Positions 43,675 through 52,803 are shown, counted from the first letter of the stretch. The stretch: 64,000 nucleotides of DNA from a virus (IMGVR_UViG_3300021066_000001); one strand, 5' to 3'. Numbers and translations: made by a program. Notes: a model not told the origin generated them from the sequence alone.

Positions 43675-43878
43675 ATCTTGTCACCGCTCCGATCGAGGGG
43701 GAGTCGACTTCGACACCCATGCTAGACCGGCTACAGCGCCCTTTCTCAGTCATCCACCGCGCTTAAGGGTAAAACCGCGGCTTCATTTCAGCATCCAACC
43801 AGTACTTGGTTCCCCACGCCCTGATTCACCGGCGTTGTCGACTTCTAGGTGTTACATCGAGGTCATCGACTTAACCTC

Positions 43879-43954
43879 TGGCACGCCTGGAGGGGATCGA
43901 ACCCCCGACCTCCGCGTTCGTAGCGCGGCACTCTCTCCACTGAGCTACAGGCGC
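43879..43954 (-). tRNA. tRNA-Arg(ACG)
   Basis: canonical cloverleaf. Confidence 0.9.
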
Positions 43955-44235
43955 ATCGTGCTACAACTTCAACCGCTTGACTCCAAAACGAATGAGGGGT
44001 CCATCTCTGGACCCCTCGACCGGGTGCTGCCTTAGCGGAAGATCTCGTTAGTTTGAGCTTCCGCCTCCGATCGAGGAGCGCGTATCAGGATTGACGCACG
44101 GCTGCATCGTCTCTCGATGCTCGCCGGCGGCGGTCCTAATTTGCGCTGGTTTTGTAAAGGAGGTTCTCATTGTGCTGGTATTTATACCGGTGCTCAATTT
44201 TCCGAAAAGGTTAATCATGTGCAACTCGAAGAGCG

Positions 44236-44264
44236 ATGGTATCACAGTCTCCCTCGCTTGTAAA
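44236..44264 (-). promoter_or_regulatory. sigma70-like promoter TTTACA-N17-TACCAT for the tRNA array
   Basis: consensus spacing and TG extension. Confidence 0.75.
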
Positions 44265-44271
44265 CAACTTT

Positions 44272-44658
44272 GTGCAATTTGTTTTGGACCCTATCCGCTC
44301 CAGCTAGACGGCCGTCTATCTGGAGCCTCTTCACCTCGGTACCTCAGCGCGTAGTGGCGAACTGCGTACTGCACCAGCCGCGGATCCAAAACGAATTCCA
44401 CAGAGCGTTACGATCGGCCGCTATACCCAGTCCGCCCTGCGGGGTTCCCGGACTTGACCTCTGCCTCTCGGCGTCCACGGTCTCACCGGTTGGTCCCTGG
44501 CTCTTAACCGACAGGGTCTGGCGTTATACTGCGATCTCTTCCCCGGAGTCCACCCGGAGAACCTTCGTAACTGGGTTGCGTGGGAGGCTCGAACTGCTGT
44601 TCGACCCTTGTGGGGCCTGCCTAGTCCGACTTGAGCCTTGCGGACCTCCGTGCAACTT
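44272..44658 (-). ncRNA. candidate large structured ncRNA (about 390 nt)
   Basis: no credible ORF, own promoter, many helices. Confidence 0.5.
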
Positions 44659-44664
44659 GGAGTA

Positions 44665-44693
44665 ATTGTAATCGGAATCTAGTAGCTTGTAAA
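44665..44693 (-). promoter_or_regulatory. sigma70-like promoter TTTACA-N17-TACAAT
   Basis: near-consensus. Confidence 0.8.
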
Positions 44694-44715
44694 CACTGCC
44701 GTTAGTTCTTGTGAA

Positions 44716-44916
44716 CTACTCGACCGGGCGGCAGACGCTGACGGTGACTGGAATTTCCGCGTAGACCGGTACCGGCATTCGGCTGACATAAGGTACCGAG
44801 TACTGGGTGAGCCCGCCGACCGTCTTCGCGATGACGTGGCGCTGGGTGTCTTCAGGGCAGACCGAGGCGCATCCTGTGAGGCAGAGAGCGACGAGACTCA
44901 GCGCGACTCGTTGCAC
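44716..44916 (-). CDS. putative lipoprotein
   Basis: lipobox LTGC after hydrophobic stretch. Confidence 0.6.
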   Translation of the reverse strand: MQRVALSLVALCLTGCASVCPEDTQRHVIAKTVGGLTQYSVPYVSRMPVPVYAEIPVTVSVCRPVE

Positions 44917-45377
44917 GCGTCGAGAAACTTGAGGAAGTTCAGGTAGAGCGTCTCGTTGTCGATACCGAATCGACCGAAGGGTTTGTGAGCTTCGCTGTGT
45001 CGACGAACGATCGTGAAGGTGATCATCGAGGTCAGGACACGGCGGGCGAGCGCTCTGTCGGTGCTCTTGTAATTGCGATAGACGTACTCCATCGCCTCGA
45101 TGATCGCGTGGCCCTTGAGAATCTTCAGGGCGCCGCTAGAGTCATTGTTGGCGAGGATGAAACGGGGAATCGGCTGACGCAGGAGAAACGCTTGAAGCAC
45201 GCGCTTGTGCTGCGAGCCCGGGTAGTCGATCGGGGTGAAGTTGACCAGGTCGCGAGCGTAGTTGCGTGAGAAGAAGTCCCCGACCGTCATCTGAAGCTCG
45301 TCGATGTCGAGATACGCGAAGCTACAAGGCAGCGCGTCCTCGTGAAGAAGCTCATTCAGGTCAAAGACTTGCGCCAC
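44898..45377 (-). CDS. degenerate DUF262/ParB-like domain protein
   Basis: VLQAFLLRQPIPRFIL resembles the DUF262 PIP motif; DGQQR absent. Confidence 0.4.
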   Translation of the reverse strand: MAQVFDLNELLHEDALPCSFAYLDIDELQMTVGDFFSRNYARDLVNFTPIDYPGSQHKRVLQAFLLRQPIPRFILANNDSSGALKILKGHAIIEAMEYVYRNYKSTDRALARRVLTSMITFTIVRRHSEAHKPFGRFGIDNETLYLNFLKFLDACNESR

Positions 45378-45439
45378 GTTCGCCTCCGAAGTAGCAATAG
45401 AGGCATTTTAACTCAAAATCACTCAAAAGTAAATGAAAT

Positions 45440-46009
45440 TTAGAGCTTTAACGCTTTCTTGAACTGCTTGAGGGACTCCAGGTCACGCTTGTACTGATGA
45501 AGGTCGTACCCGTACATCGAGTAGCGCTCCCACGGCGCGTACCACTTCAGCTTGCGAGCTTCCTCGGCGAGCTTTCGCAGCTCGTCGATCTGCTTCTGAA
45601 GAACTTGAATGAGCTTCTCGTGGTTCTCACTGAAGTACCTCTTGGCGAGCTCAAACTCTTCCTTGGTCTCGCCGGTCGCCGAGTTATCGTACTCCTCGCC
45701 GTCTCTGATCCACTCGAGGCGATGCATGTTGCTGACGATCGCGTCGGTGATCTGGAAGCCACCGACGCGATCTTTGAAGAGCGGACGCACCTTCATGAGC
45801 TCGGCCTTTCCGAACTCCTTGTTCGGAATCTCCTTGATTCGCTTGAGCTCGTCTGAGAGCCAGTTCTCCTGGTCCTTTTGCTGCTTGAAAGCGCGAGGCA
45901 AGTCGTCGGCAATCTTGCTGAGCTTGTCACGAAATTCTGACCTGACCTTCTTGGTAAGCTTGTCCTCGATGTTGATGACCTCGCCCTCGACGAGCTCGAT
46001 GATCTTCAT
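45440..46009 (-). CDS. protein with CTS-like N-terminus (MKIIELVE)
   Basis: late operon. Confidence 0.7.
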   Translation of the reverse strand: MKIIELVEGEVINIEDKLTKKVRSEFRDKLSKIADDLPRAFKQQKDQENWLSDELKRIKEIPNKEFGKAELMKVRPLFKDRVGGFQITDAIVSNMHRLEWIRDGEEYDNSATGETKEEFELAKRYFSENHEKLIQVLQKQIDELRKLAEEARKLKWYAPWERYSMYGYDLHQYKRDLESLKQFKKALKL

Positions 46010-46563
46010 GCCCAGCTCACTCCTGCGTCGTGCTTCTGAGCGAAGTCGATGAGCTTGAGCAAGTCGTCGATCAGCTCGCCGTACTGTGCGGCGGTTCGTC
46101 CGTAACTGATCATGCGAGGGCCGCGCTCGATCGTCGCTACGTTTCCGTCATGCTTGACCCCGCGGACGCGCTGCTCATCGCTCGGTGGCGTCTCATGGTG
46201 CTTTAGGTCGCCGTTCTTCATCCGAATGAGCCTCCGTCGGAGCTCAGGGAGCTCCGAGTTATCCCACCCGCCGACTAAGCTCTCGTCGCCGTTGACCTTC
46301 TCACCGATCGCGCTCAAGAAGGCGAGCGCGCCCGAGTTTGAGAGCTGAATCTTGTCGTAGTCGGTCACCCAAACCTTCTCCTTTCCCGTTCCCTTGCACA
46401 TCCAGCAGTGCTCGGACTTGCCGTGGTAGTGGCACTCACGACAGTCGATCTCCTTCTCCTTCTCGAACGGAGTGAAGTCATGCGAGCGCTGCCCGTCCTT
46501 CTCTACGCGATGGATCGTCGCGCCGAAGGTGACCGACTCAGCGAGAAAAGCTTTGAACTTCAA
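46006..46563 (-). CDS. protein with CTS-like N-terminus (MKFKAFLAE) and CxxCxGxG zinc motif
   Basis: late operon. Confidence 0.7.
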   Translation of the reverse strand: MKFKAFLAESVTFGATIHRVEKDGQRSHDFTPFEKEKEIDCRECHYHGKSEHCWMCKGTGKEKVWVTDYDKIQLSNSGALAFLSAIGEKVNGDESLVGGWDNSELPELRRRLIRMKNGDLKHHETPPSDEQRVRGVKHDGNVATIERGPRMISYGRTAAQYGELIDDLLKLIDFAQKHDAGVSWA

Positions 46564-46564
46564 C

Positions 46565-47071
46565 TTAGTACGTTCCGATCAAGCGCTTCGGGTTAATCGG
46601 ATCACGATAGATGATGATCTTCACCATCTCTTCGACGTGATCGGCGTCGGTCTCGATCCCAGCTTCCTTCGCGTCGTAGTAGACGAAGAGGTCATACTTG
46701 ACGGCTGCGACCTTGCGCTTCGGCATGTCGCTGTCACTCTTGAACTTATACTTCCGCTTCGCTTCAGGGACCCCGATGTGCTCAGGATCGTACGTGACCT
46801 CCTTGACGAAGGATTGCCCTCGCGTGGCCTCCTCGATCTCGGCGCCGATGTCATTACCTCCGTTCTTGCACGCCTTCTTGATCTCCGAGACGTCCAGCTC
46901 AGGAATCGGTTGGAGCCACTTCTGCTCGTTGCTCGCGCTCTTCTTGGGAGCAGATTCCTTTTCCTCCTCACGCTTCCGCTCTTCAGGTGAGATCGTGCGA
47001 GTCAGTACCCCCTTGCGAGTCGGGTGCTTTGTCCACTTCGGGGCTTCGGTCAAGACAGTCTTAAGCTTCAT
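46565..47071 (-). CDS. protein with CTS-like N-terminus (MKLKTVLTE)
   Basis: late operon. Confidence 0.7.
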   Translation of the reverse strand: MKLKTVLTEAPKWTKHPTRKGVLTRTISPEERKREEEKESAPKKSASNEQKWLQPIPELDVSEIKKACKNGGNDIGAEIEEATRGQSFVKEVTYDPEHIGVPEAKRKYKFKSDSDMPKRKVAAVKYDLFVYYDAKEAGIETDADHVEEMVKIIIYRDPINPKRLIGTY

Positions 47072-48498
47072 GAGGTCCTCTTCATCATCGAGCGTACGGT
47101 GCGGTAGATCTCCTCCATCCCCTCGTTGCCGTGCTTCAGGAGAAGCTCGCGTTTTCTGAGCATGCTGACGAAATCGGTGTAGGAGGAGGCTTGCGTCGCC
47201 GCGTTCATGACGGCGTTCATGTGAAAGCTAGGTACCTTCAGTCTAGTGAGCTCTGCCTGAAGATCTCCCAACCTTCCCTCTGAGAACATGTCTGGCTGCG
47301 GGCCCTCGCCGCCCATCTTGTGCTTCACCGCGTGACGCTTTGGCTTCTCCTCGACGGTGTAGTAGACGAGGTCAGGCTCACCGTCCGCGATGAACTGCTT
47401 GACGATGACGATCGACTTGTCAAGCTGCCCCATCTTGCGGAAGCTGTGAGAGGATGACTCAAAGTTCTTGTCGTCCTTCTTCTTGACCCACTCGACGTAC
47501 TCAGGCTCCTTGCGGTCCGAGAACTTCGCGACCTCGTACTCCTCATAGCCTCCTGCACGTCGCACCGTGTAGTAGCTGTCGAAGCCGGGATGACCCTCGT
47601 TGAGAAGATAAGGCCGTCCGTCGATGCGAAGCCCCAAGATCTTCTTGTCGTAAGTTTGATTCAAAGTCGCAGGTACTAGGTCGTTAGGTGCGATTCCTGC
47701 TTCGCGAGCTTCTTTGTTCGTGATGTTGTTCCACTTTAAGAAGCCACCCTTCTTAAAGAGCTTCTTGATCTCAGTCTTACTCTCTGTCACGGTAGAGAGC
47801 GGCACGAATGACTTAGCCTTCATGCTGATCGTGTCAACGGCGTTCCGGATCGAGTAGAAGGTGACACGCTCGTCGCCCTTGTGCTTTTCGTGCTCCTGCG
47901 CAGGCTCCTTCTTGGCTAGCACGAGGTCCCCCCTCTCGGCGGCTGGGTAACCCTTCGTCTTGACGCGGTGGTTGCACCGCATCACGCGCCAGTCCTTGCC
48001 CTTCCACTTGCCGTGAAACTGGGGGTAGGCCTTGTTATCGTCCTCGGCGATCTTGATGATCGCCTCCTTGATGTTGAGCTCGGAGGTGCCTTGCTTGCTC
48101 AGCTCGTTGATCTCTGCCTGGCGAGCGGAGCGTCGCTGGTACTCTTGAGCAAAGTTGGTGCGCGCCGACCCCGTTCGCTTAGTAACCTCAGCTTTGATCT
48201 CCTGCTTGACTGGATCTTCCGGCTTGGGTGAAGGTGGGGTGTCGGCTTCAGCTAGTCCCTTGCTCTTTGAATGCTCTCTCACGCGCTCAACGAACTTGTC
48301 CTTGTCGTCGGGGTGGATCGACCAGCTGTGATAGTCGGCGGGGTCGCCGTTCACCCGCAGGTCCTTGACGATCTCGGGCATCTCGAAGTATCGAGCGAAG
48401 TACTGATTTTGTTGACCAAAGATCGTCCGGCCGATCTCGCCGATCTCGATCCACCCCTCGGGGGTAGTCTTGCGCCGGTAAACCTCGGTGATCCTCAT
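47068..48498 (-). CDS. multi-domain protein with CTS-like N-terminus (MRITEV)
   Basis: 476-aa ORF with internal xxE motifs (LAE, VTE, FSE). Confidence 0.7.
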   Translation of the reverse strand: MRITEVYRRKTTPEGWIEIGEIGRTIFGQQNQYFARYFEMPEIVKDLRVNGDPADYHSWSIHPDDKDKFVERVREHSKSKGLAEADTPPSPKPEDPVKQEIKAEVTKRTGSARTNFAQEYQRRSARQAEINELSKQGTSELNIKEAIIKIAEDDNKAYPQFHGKWKGKDWRVMRCNHRVKTKGYPAAERGDLVLAKKEPAQEHEKHKGDERVTFYSIRNAVDTISMKAKSFVPLSTVTESKTEIKKLFKKGGFLKWNNITNKEAREAGIAPNDLVPATLNQTYDKKILGLRIDGRPYLLNEGHPGFDSYYTVRRAGGYEEYEVAKFSDRKEPEYVEWVKKKDDKNFESSSHSFRKMGQLDKSIVIVKQFIADGEPDLVYYTVEEKPKRHAVKHKMGGEGPQPDMFSEGRLGDLQAELTRLKVPSFHMNAVMNAATQASSYTDFVSMLRKRELLLKHGNEGMEEIYRTVRSMMKRTS

Positions 48499-48902
48499 CC
48501 CTCGACCGCGATCTCAAAGAAGATGTCGTCGTTGAGCGCTTGAGCTTGCTTGAGAGCTTCCTTGATCTGCGCGAAGGTACCTAGCTCAACCTTGATCTCA
48601 CCGTCCGACAGGTCGACGTAGGAGATCTTCTTTCCTGACCTGAGCGCCGCGAAGAAGATCTTGTTCTTGTGGCCCTCCTCCTCGCAGACGGTGAGGAAGG
48701 CCCGGTCACCCGAGATGAATCGACTGAAGGCTTTGCTAGCCTCATGCGACTCGGAGCTTCCAACGGTCAAGAAGCTGTCGATCTCCTCTGTGATCGCGGT
48801 CCCTAGAGACCCTAGGATCTCGTCGAGACGATCGTCACCTAGACCGTTGGTGCTCTTAAAGAACCGCTGGATCATCGCGGCCTTAAGTTCGTTTAGCTTC
48901 AA
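48495..48902 (-). CDS. protein with CTS-like N-terminus (MKLNEL)
   Basis: TAAATA at 48933. Confidence 0.65.
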   Translation of the reverse strand: MKLNELKAAMIQRFFKSTNGLGDDRLDEILGSLGTAITEEIDSFLTVGSSESHEASKAFSRFISGDRAFLTVCEEEGHKNKIFFAALRSGKKISYVDLSDGEIKVELGTFAQIKEALKQAQALNDDIFFEIAVEG

Positions 48903-48994
48903 TTCACATCTCCGAGCTTTAGTTGGCCCTCTTATTTAACCTGGCCGCCGCTGGGAGATAGGAAAGTTAGGTCTGGTTGATGTCTCCGCTCACC

Positions 48995-49945
48995 TTATCG
49001 TCGCGAAATTGGATCATCTCGAGCTCGGAGATGCCCAGCTCGCGCATGACGCCATGCAAGACGCTGTAAGACGCTGTCATGCTTGTCACCTGTCACGCGG
49101 TTCTCGAGAAGCGCTTTAGCAACGGCACGAATCAGCGCGCGGTTTATTTCCGTCACCCCTTTGGCGGCAATCTCTGCGAGTCCTCGATTTTTCTCTTGAA
49201 GAGTTTCTGTGAAGTGACGCAAATCAGCGTTCGTCTTTAGCGCCGCGTTTCGCTCTACGATCGTTGCCTCGTGCTCCATCTCGACATGATCGATGTGAGC
49301 TTCGAGGCGCTGGTGCAAGTCGATGTAAGCGCGAATCCACTTGAGCTGGCGCTTCATCGTTTGCTGCACGGCCTGATACGCGTGATGTTGTTCGGGGAAG
49401 TGCTTCGACGCCTTCTTCAGCATCGGGAGGAAGATCGTCTCCGCCTCGTCGGCGTAGCTCTGCATCTTCTCGACGGTGAAGACGCCGATCATCGTCTGAA
49501 GATTGTTGACTCGGTCAAGCCCCTTGACGATCGAACCAGTCGCGTCAAGTGAGAGATCGATGATGTAAGCTTCTCTGTCCTTGACCGTGAGCGTGCCGTC
49601 GGTCTCGACAAACTTCTTGGTCATCTTCCAGTTGACGGAGGCGACATCGTCGCCAAACTCGCGGCGGATCGCCTCGGTCGGAACGCGGTGATCCTCCTGA
49701 ACGTCATGGAGGAGAGCGATGACGATCGCGAGCTCCTCGTTGATGAGCCCCTTGAGATCGAGAACCGAGAGAGCGATCTGAACCTGGTGATGAAACTCCG
49801 GGGTCTGCTTGTCCTTCCTGAGTCCGGTGTGGTGTCGCTCTGAGAAGCCGAGAGCCTTGAGCCCGAGGGAGTATCCTCTCCCCAACATGTAGGCCTTGAG
49901 AAAGGTCCGATCCTTCTGAAATTGAAGGTTGTAGGAATTGCTCAT
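48995..49945 (-). CDS. RelA/SpoT-type HD hydrolase (Mesh1-like) with coiled-coil tail
   Basis: H.G..RK...PEFHH, ALLHDVQED, VKGLDRVNNL. Confidence 0.75.
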   Translation of the reverse strand: MSNSYNLQFQKDRTFLKAYMLGRGYSLGLKALGFSERHHTGLRKDKQTPEFHHQVQIALSVLDLKGLINEELAIVIALLHDVQEDHRVPTEAIRREFGDDVASVNWKMTKKFVETDGTLTVKDREAYIIDLSLDATGSIVKGLDRVNNLQTMIGVFTVEKMQSYADEAETIFLPMLKKASKHFPEQHHAYQAVQQTMKRQLKWIRAYIDLHQRLEAHIDHVEMEHEATIVERNAALKTNADLRHFTETLQEKNRGLAEIAAKGVTEINRALIRAVAKALLENRVTGDKHDSVLQRLAWRHARAGHLRARDDPISRR

Positions 49946-50023
49946 GAGAAATTATATCATGAGAGACGCGAGAGGTAAACCGCGGGCTTCGGGGAGGCTC
50001 GCGAGCCTCCCCGAAAGCTTTCG

Positions 50024-50767
50024 TTACTTGTCGGCCTTCTTCGTCGTTACGGTTGTGGTCGTGATCTCCTTCTTGATCGTCTCGTACATCGCTTGGGTGT
50101 CTACCGCGCCGGCGGCGTAGAAGACTCCACCGATGTTCTGGTCGATTCCGCGGTAGGACGAGGCCGTCGCCGACATCGTCTTGATCGCGTCGGACATGCC
50201 CTTGGCGCCGACGTCGAACGCGGCGACGTTCTGGAGCTTGATGCCCATGTCGATCGCGGTTTGGCGCGCACCCATCTGTGACCCGAGGTAGAGCACCTCC
50301 CAGTCATCTGCGCAGGGCTCGCTCGGGTTGCCCTGGCACTCCTTGAGCATCGCCGTGATGCGCTCGAACGAGAAGCGATAGCTCTTGTTCTCCTCGCCGT
50401 CGGTCAGGATCGCGAGGATCGTCTTGACGCCCTTCGGCTTGAGGTCACCGCAGCTCGTGATCGCATCGCCGACCGCGTCGTAGAGCGCCGTCCATCCGTT
50501 TGGGGTGAACGTCGTGTGATCGAGCGGTTGGACGTGCTCGATCGGAACGTTCGAGAAGACCATCTTTGGGGCCGAGCTGAACTTGACTAGGGTCATCGTC
50601 GCCTTCCCCTTGATCTTCTTTTGCTCCTCGAGGAAGGTGTTGAAACCTGCGATCGTCTCGTTGCGAACCGATCCCATCGAGGTCGACTCGTCGAGAACGA
50701 AGAGGATGCGAGTGAGCTTAGGAGTTTTGGTCTTCTTGACCGGCTTGATGTTTATGCGCTTTGGCAT
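50024..50767 (-). CDS. von Willebrand factor A domain protein
   Basis: MIDAS LDESTSM, TALYDA, ILTDGEEN. Confidence 0.85.
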   Translation of the reverse strand: MPKRINIKPVKKTKTPKLTRILFVLDESTSMGSVRNETIAGFNTFLEEQKKIKGKATMTLVKFSSAPKMVFSNVPIEHVQPLDHTTFTPNGWTALYDAVGDAITSCGDLKPKGVKTILAILTDGEENKSYRFSFERITAMLKECQGNPSEPCADDWEVLYLGSQMGARQTAIDMGIKLQNVAAFDVGAKGMSDAIKTMSATASSYRGIDQNIGGVFYAAGAVDTQAMYETIKKEITTTTVTTKKADK

Positions 50768-51116
50768 GGAATTTTTCACTTTCTTGTGTCTCGGCGTAGA
50801 GCTTTACGACGAGTAACTTCAACCTGCTCAAGATCTCGTCACGCGAGATCTTGTTGTACGAGCTGTCGATCAGAGCTTCCTCAACCCGTGAGGTGAGACC
50901 CTTGATCGTCCAACCTGCTTCTAGAGCGTCTTGCACGAAGTCTTGCCAGTCTAGAACGCAACCGCTCTCGTCAAGCTTGAAGAGCAGGATCGAGAGCGGC
51001 ACGCCGTGCTCGTTGACGAGCTTGAACATCCCGCCCATGACCTGCTTTCCCTCAGGAGTGTGTCCGGTCGCCCGGATTCCGAGGCGATCGCGTCGCCGCT
51101 GGCTTCGGCTTCCCAC
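50718..51116 (-). CDS. small protein resembling an AlaRS helical segment
   Basis: MFKLVNEHGVPL...LDWQDF resembles AFKLYDTYGFPL...VDxxGF. Confidence 0.4.
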   Translation of the reverse strand: MGSRSQRRRDRLGIRATGHTPEGKQVMGGMFKLVNEHGVPLSILLFKLDESGCVLDWQDFVQDALEAGWTIKGLTSRVEEALIDSSYNKISRDEILSRLKLLVVKLYAETQESEKFHAKAHKHQAGQEDQNS

Positions 51117-51943
51117 TAGACGATCTCGAGGCTAGTGCTGCATCGCGGACAAGATCTCCAGGACGACTTGCACTTCAAGCCGCACGAGGAGCACTTGGGC
51201 TTCGACTTGACCGTCAGCGGCTTCGTCACCTTGATCTTCGTCTCGGCGGACTCTCCGAGCAAGCGGAGCACCATGACGTGCTCTTGAGGATCGAGATTGA
51301 GAGAGCTGACGACTTGAAACTGCTGGTCAGAGACGCTTCCAGCCGCTGTGACTCCGACCGGATCTGGTTCTAGCGAGCACTGCGCGTCACCGTCGTAGAC
51401 AGTTGATGACTTCGACCGAAGCACGGAGTTAGAGGCGCTAGCGCTGTAAGAGCTCCCGCTTGATCCGAGACCTCCTGCGGTCCAAGAGCTTCTCCCGTTG
51501 TCGGTGGAGCGCCTGCCGTAGGGAGTGCCGCCGAGAGTCCAGCTGCTGCGTCGACGTTCAACCCATGGCCACGTGCTCGGGCGCACGTAGGGACGCTCGA
51601 ACTGGAACGTGACGCGGATCAGCCCGTCGTCGATGCTGACGCCGCGATGCCTCGCGACTGCCGCGGTGCGCTGGATGAACTTGAAGCGGTTTCCCTGGTT
51701 GAGGTTGCCGTTCTTGATGAAGCGCTCGAGGTCGAAGCTCTCGTTAGGGTCGATGATGAGCGCTACTCCCTCGGTCGCCTCCTTGCCGTCGATCTCAACC
51801 TTGACCGATGCCTTGGTCGTGTTGAGGTTCTTGACGCGGATGGCGTACTCTGAACCAAAGGGGAGGTAGACGGTGTCGCCGCGTTCGCGCAACACCTGGC
51901 CGTTATTGAGGATCGCCACGGCGAGCTTGTTGTTGTACATCAT
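51116..51943 (-). CDS. hypothetical protein with C-terminal double zinc ribbon
   Basis: CSSCG...CPRC. Confidence 0.7.
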   Translation of the reverse strand: MMYNNKLAVAILNNGQVLRERGDTVYLPFGSEYAIRVKNLNTTKASVKVEIDGKEATEGVALIIDPNESFDLERFIKNGNLNQGNRFKFIQRTAAVARHRGVSIDDGLIRVTFQFERPYVRPSTWPWVERRRSSWTLGGTPYGRRSTDNGRSSWTAGGLGSSGSSYSASASNSVLRSKSSTVYDGDAQCSLEPDPVGVTAAGSVSDQQFQVVSSLNLDPQEHVMVLRLLGESAETKIKVTKPLTVKSKPKCSSCGLKCKSSWRSCPRCSTSLEIV

Positions 51944-52019
51944 ACTGCTCCTTGAGGCTGACCGGCTAACAGCCTTTCTTCTTAAAGCCGGTTGGCGTAG
52001 ACCCGTTGCGGGCTTCTAC

Positions 52020-52122
52020 TGGTTGCGGGGGCAGGATTTGAACGCTGCCTTGTCTGGCTTATGAGGCCAGTGAGATGCGAACCTCAGAATTTCTTCCTAG
52101 TTCTCCACTTCTCGACCCCGCT
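52020..52122 (-). tRNA. initiator-like tRNA-Met(CAT) with helix inserted in the D loop
   Basis: 1:72 mismatch, loop CU-CAU-AA, about 27-nt GAAA-capped insert. Confidence 0.65.
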
Positions 52123-52196
52123 GGAGCGGAATGCGGGAATCGGACCCGCGTCTTGAGCTTGGGAAGCTCTCGTTCTAGCCACTGAACTAATTCCGC
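52122..52196 (-). tRNA. tRNA-Gly(CCC)
   Basis: cloverleaf, CCA. Confidence 0.9.
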
Positions 52197-52197
52197 T

Positions 52198-52254
52198 TGG
52201 TGCTAACGCAATCAAAGCGAGCATCATCCTGAGGTTCTCGGGTTGGGCGTTAGC
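52198..52254 (-). ncRNA. 57-nt CCA-ending minihelix
   Basis: 8-bp GCUAACGC/GCGUUAGC-A-CCA. Confidence 0.45.
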
Positions 52255-52324
52255 TCTTACCCCGACTTCTCAGCACCAGCTTTGAACCCTCTTTCGCCCC
52301 AAGCGTCTCCGCTCAGTGCGCGAT

Positions 52325-52400
52325 TGGTGGAGCCTAAGGGGATCGAACCCTTGACCTTATGCATGCCATGCATACGCTCTCCCAGCTGAGCTAAGGCCCC
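52325..52400 (-). tRNA. tRNA-Ala(GGC)
   Basis: canonical cloverleaf. Confidence 0.92.
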
Positions 52401-52455
52401 AACTTGATCGGAGTCTCACCGATCACTGTCCCGAGTACTAGTTACGGGACTAACG

Positions 52456-52531
52456 TGGTGGAGAAGAAGGGGATCGAACCCTCGACCTCAACGTTGCGAA
52501 CGTTGCGCTCTCCCAGCTGAGCTACTTCCCC
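52456..52531 (-). tRNA. tRNA-Ala(CGC)
   Basis: canonical cloverleaf. Confidence 0.92.
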
Positions 52532-52654
52532 AGACGCATCAGCAAAGCTCTTGAAACACAGAGGTCCGCGAAACCCCCAACCCTGTGATGCTTCTGCTGC
52601 GAGTTCAGGTTGAGCTAGCTCCGGAAACCGGCTTCGCGTTTGAACTCCAGCATC

Positions 52655-52730
52655 GGCGAGGTCGGATGGGTTTGAACCACCGTTTCTGGAGATTTTGGGG
52701 CCCCAGCGTCTTCACTTAGACGACAACCTC
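52655..52730 (-). tRNA. Trp-like tRNA with expanded anticodon arm
   Basis: CUGGGG-CCCCAAAAU-CUCCAG, G73. Confidence 0.55.
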
Positions 52731-52803
52731 GGAGCGGGTGAGGGGAATCGGACCCCCGTCTTCTGCTTGGAAGGCAGTTGCTCTACCATTGAGCTACACC
52801 CGC
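52731..52803 (-). tRNA. tRNA-Gly(TCC)
   Basis: cloverleaf. Confidence 0.9.

Noticed and set aside
43854-43863. 10-nt match to the 23S peptidyl-transferase region and similar 9-10-nt rRNA matches in spacers
   Set aside because: Too short to exceed chance.
44440-44465. GAGGUCAAGUCCGGG as a second RNase P RNA
   Set aside because: No CR-V or P4 partner and the element order is wrong.
51114-51118. Genome-wide UAG reassignment (code 15)
   Set aside because: TAG ends complete genes, including a TAGTG stop/start coupling and stops before terminators or promoters (11323, 20477, 28335).
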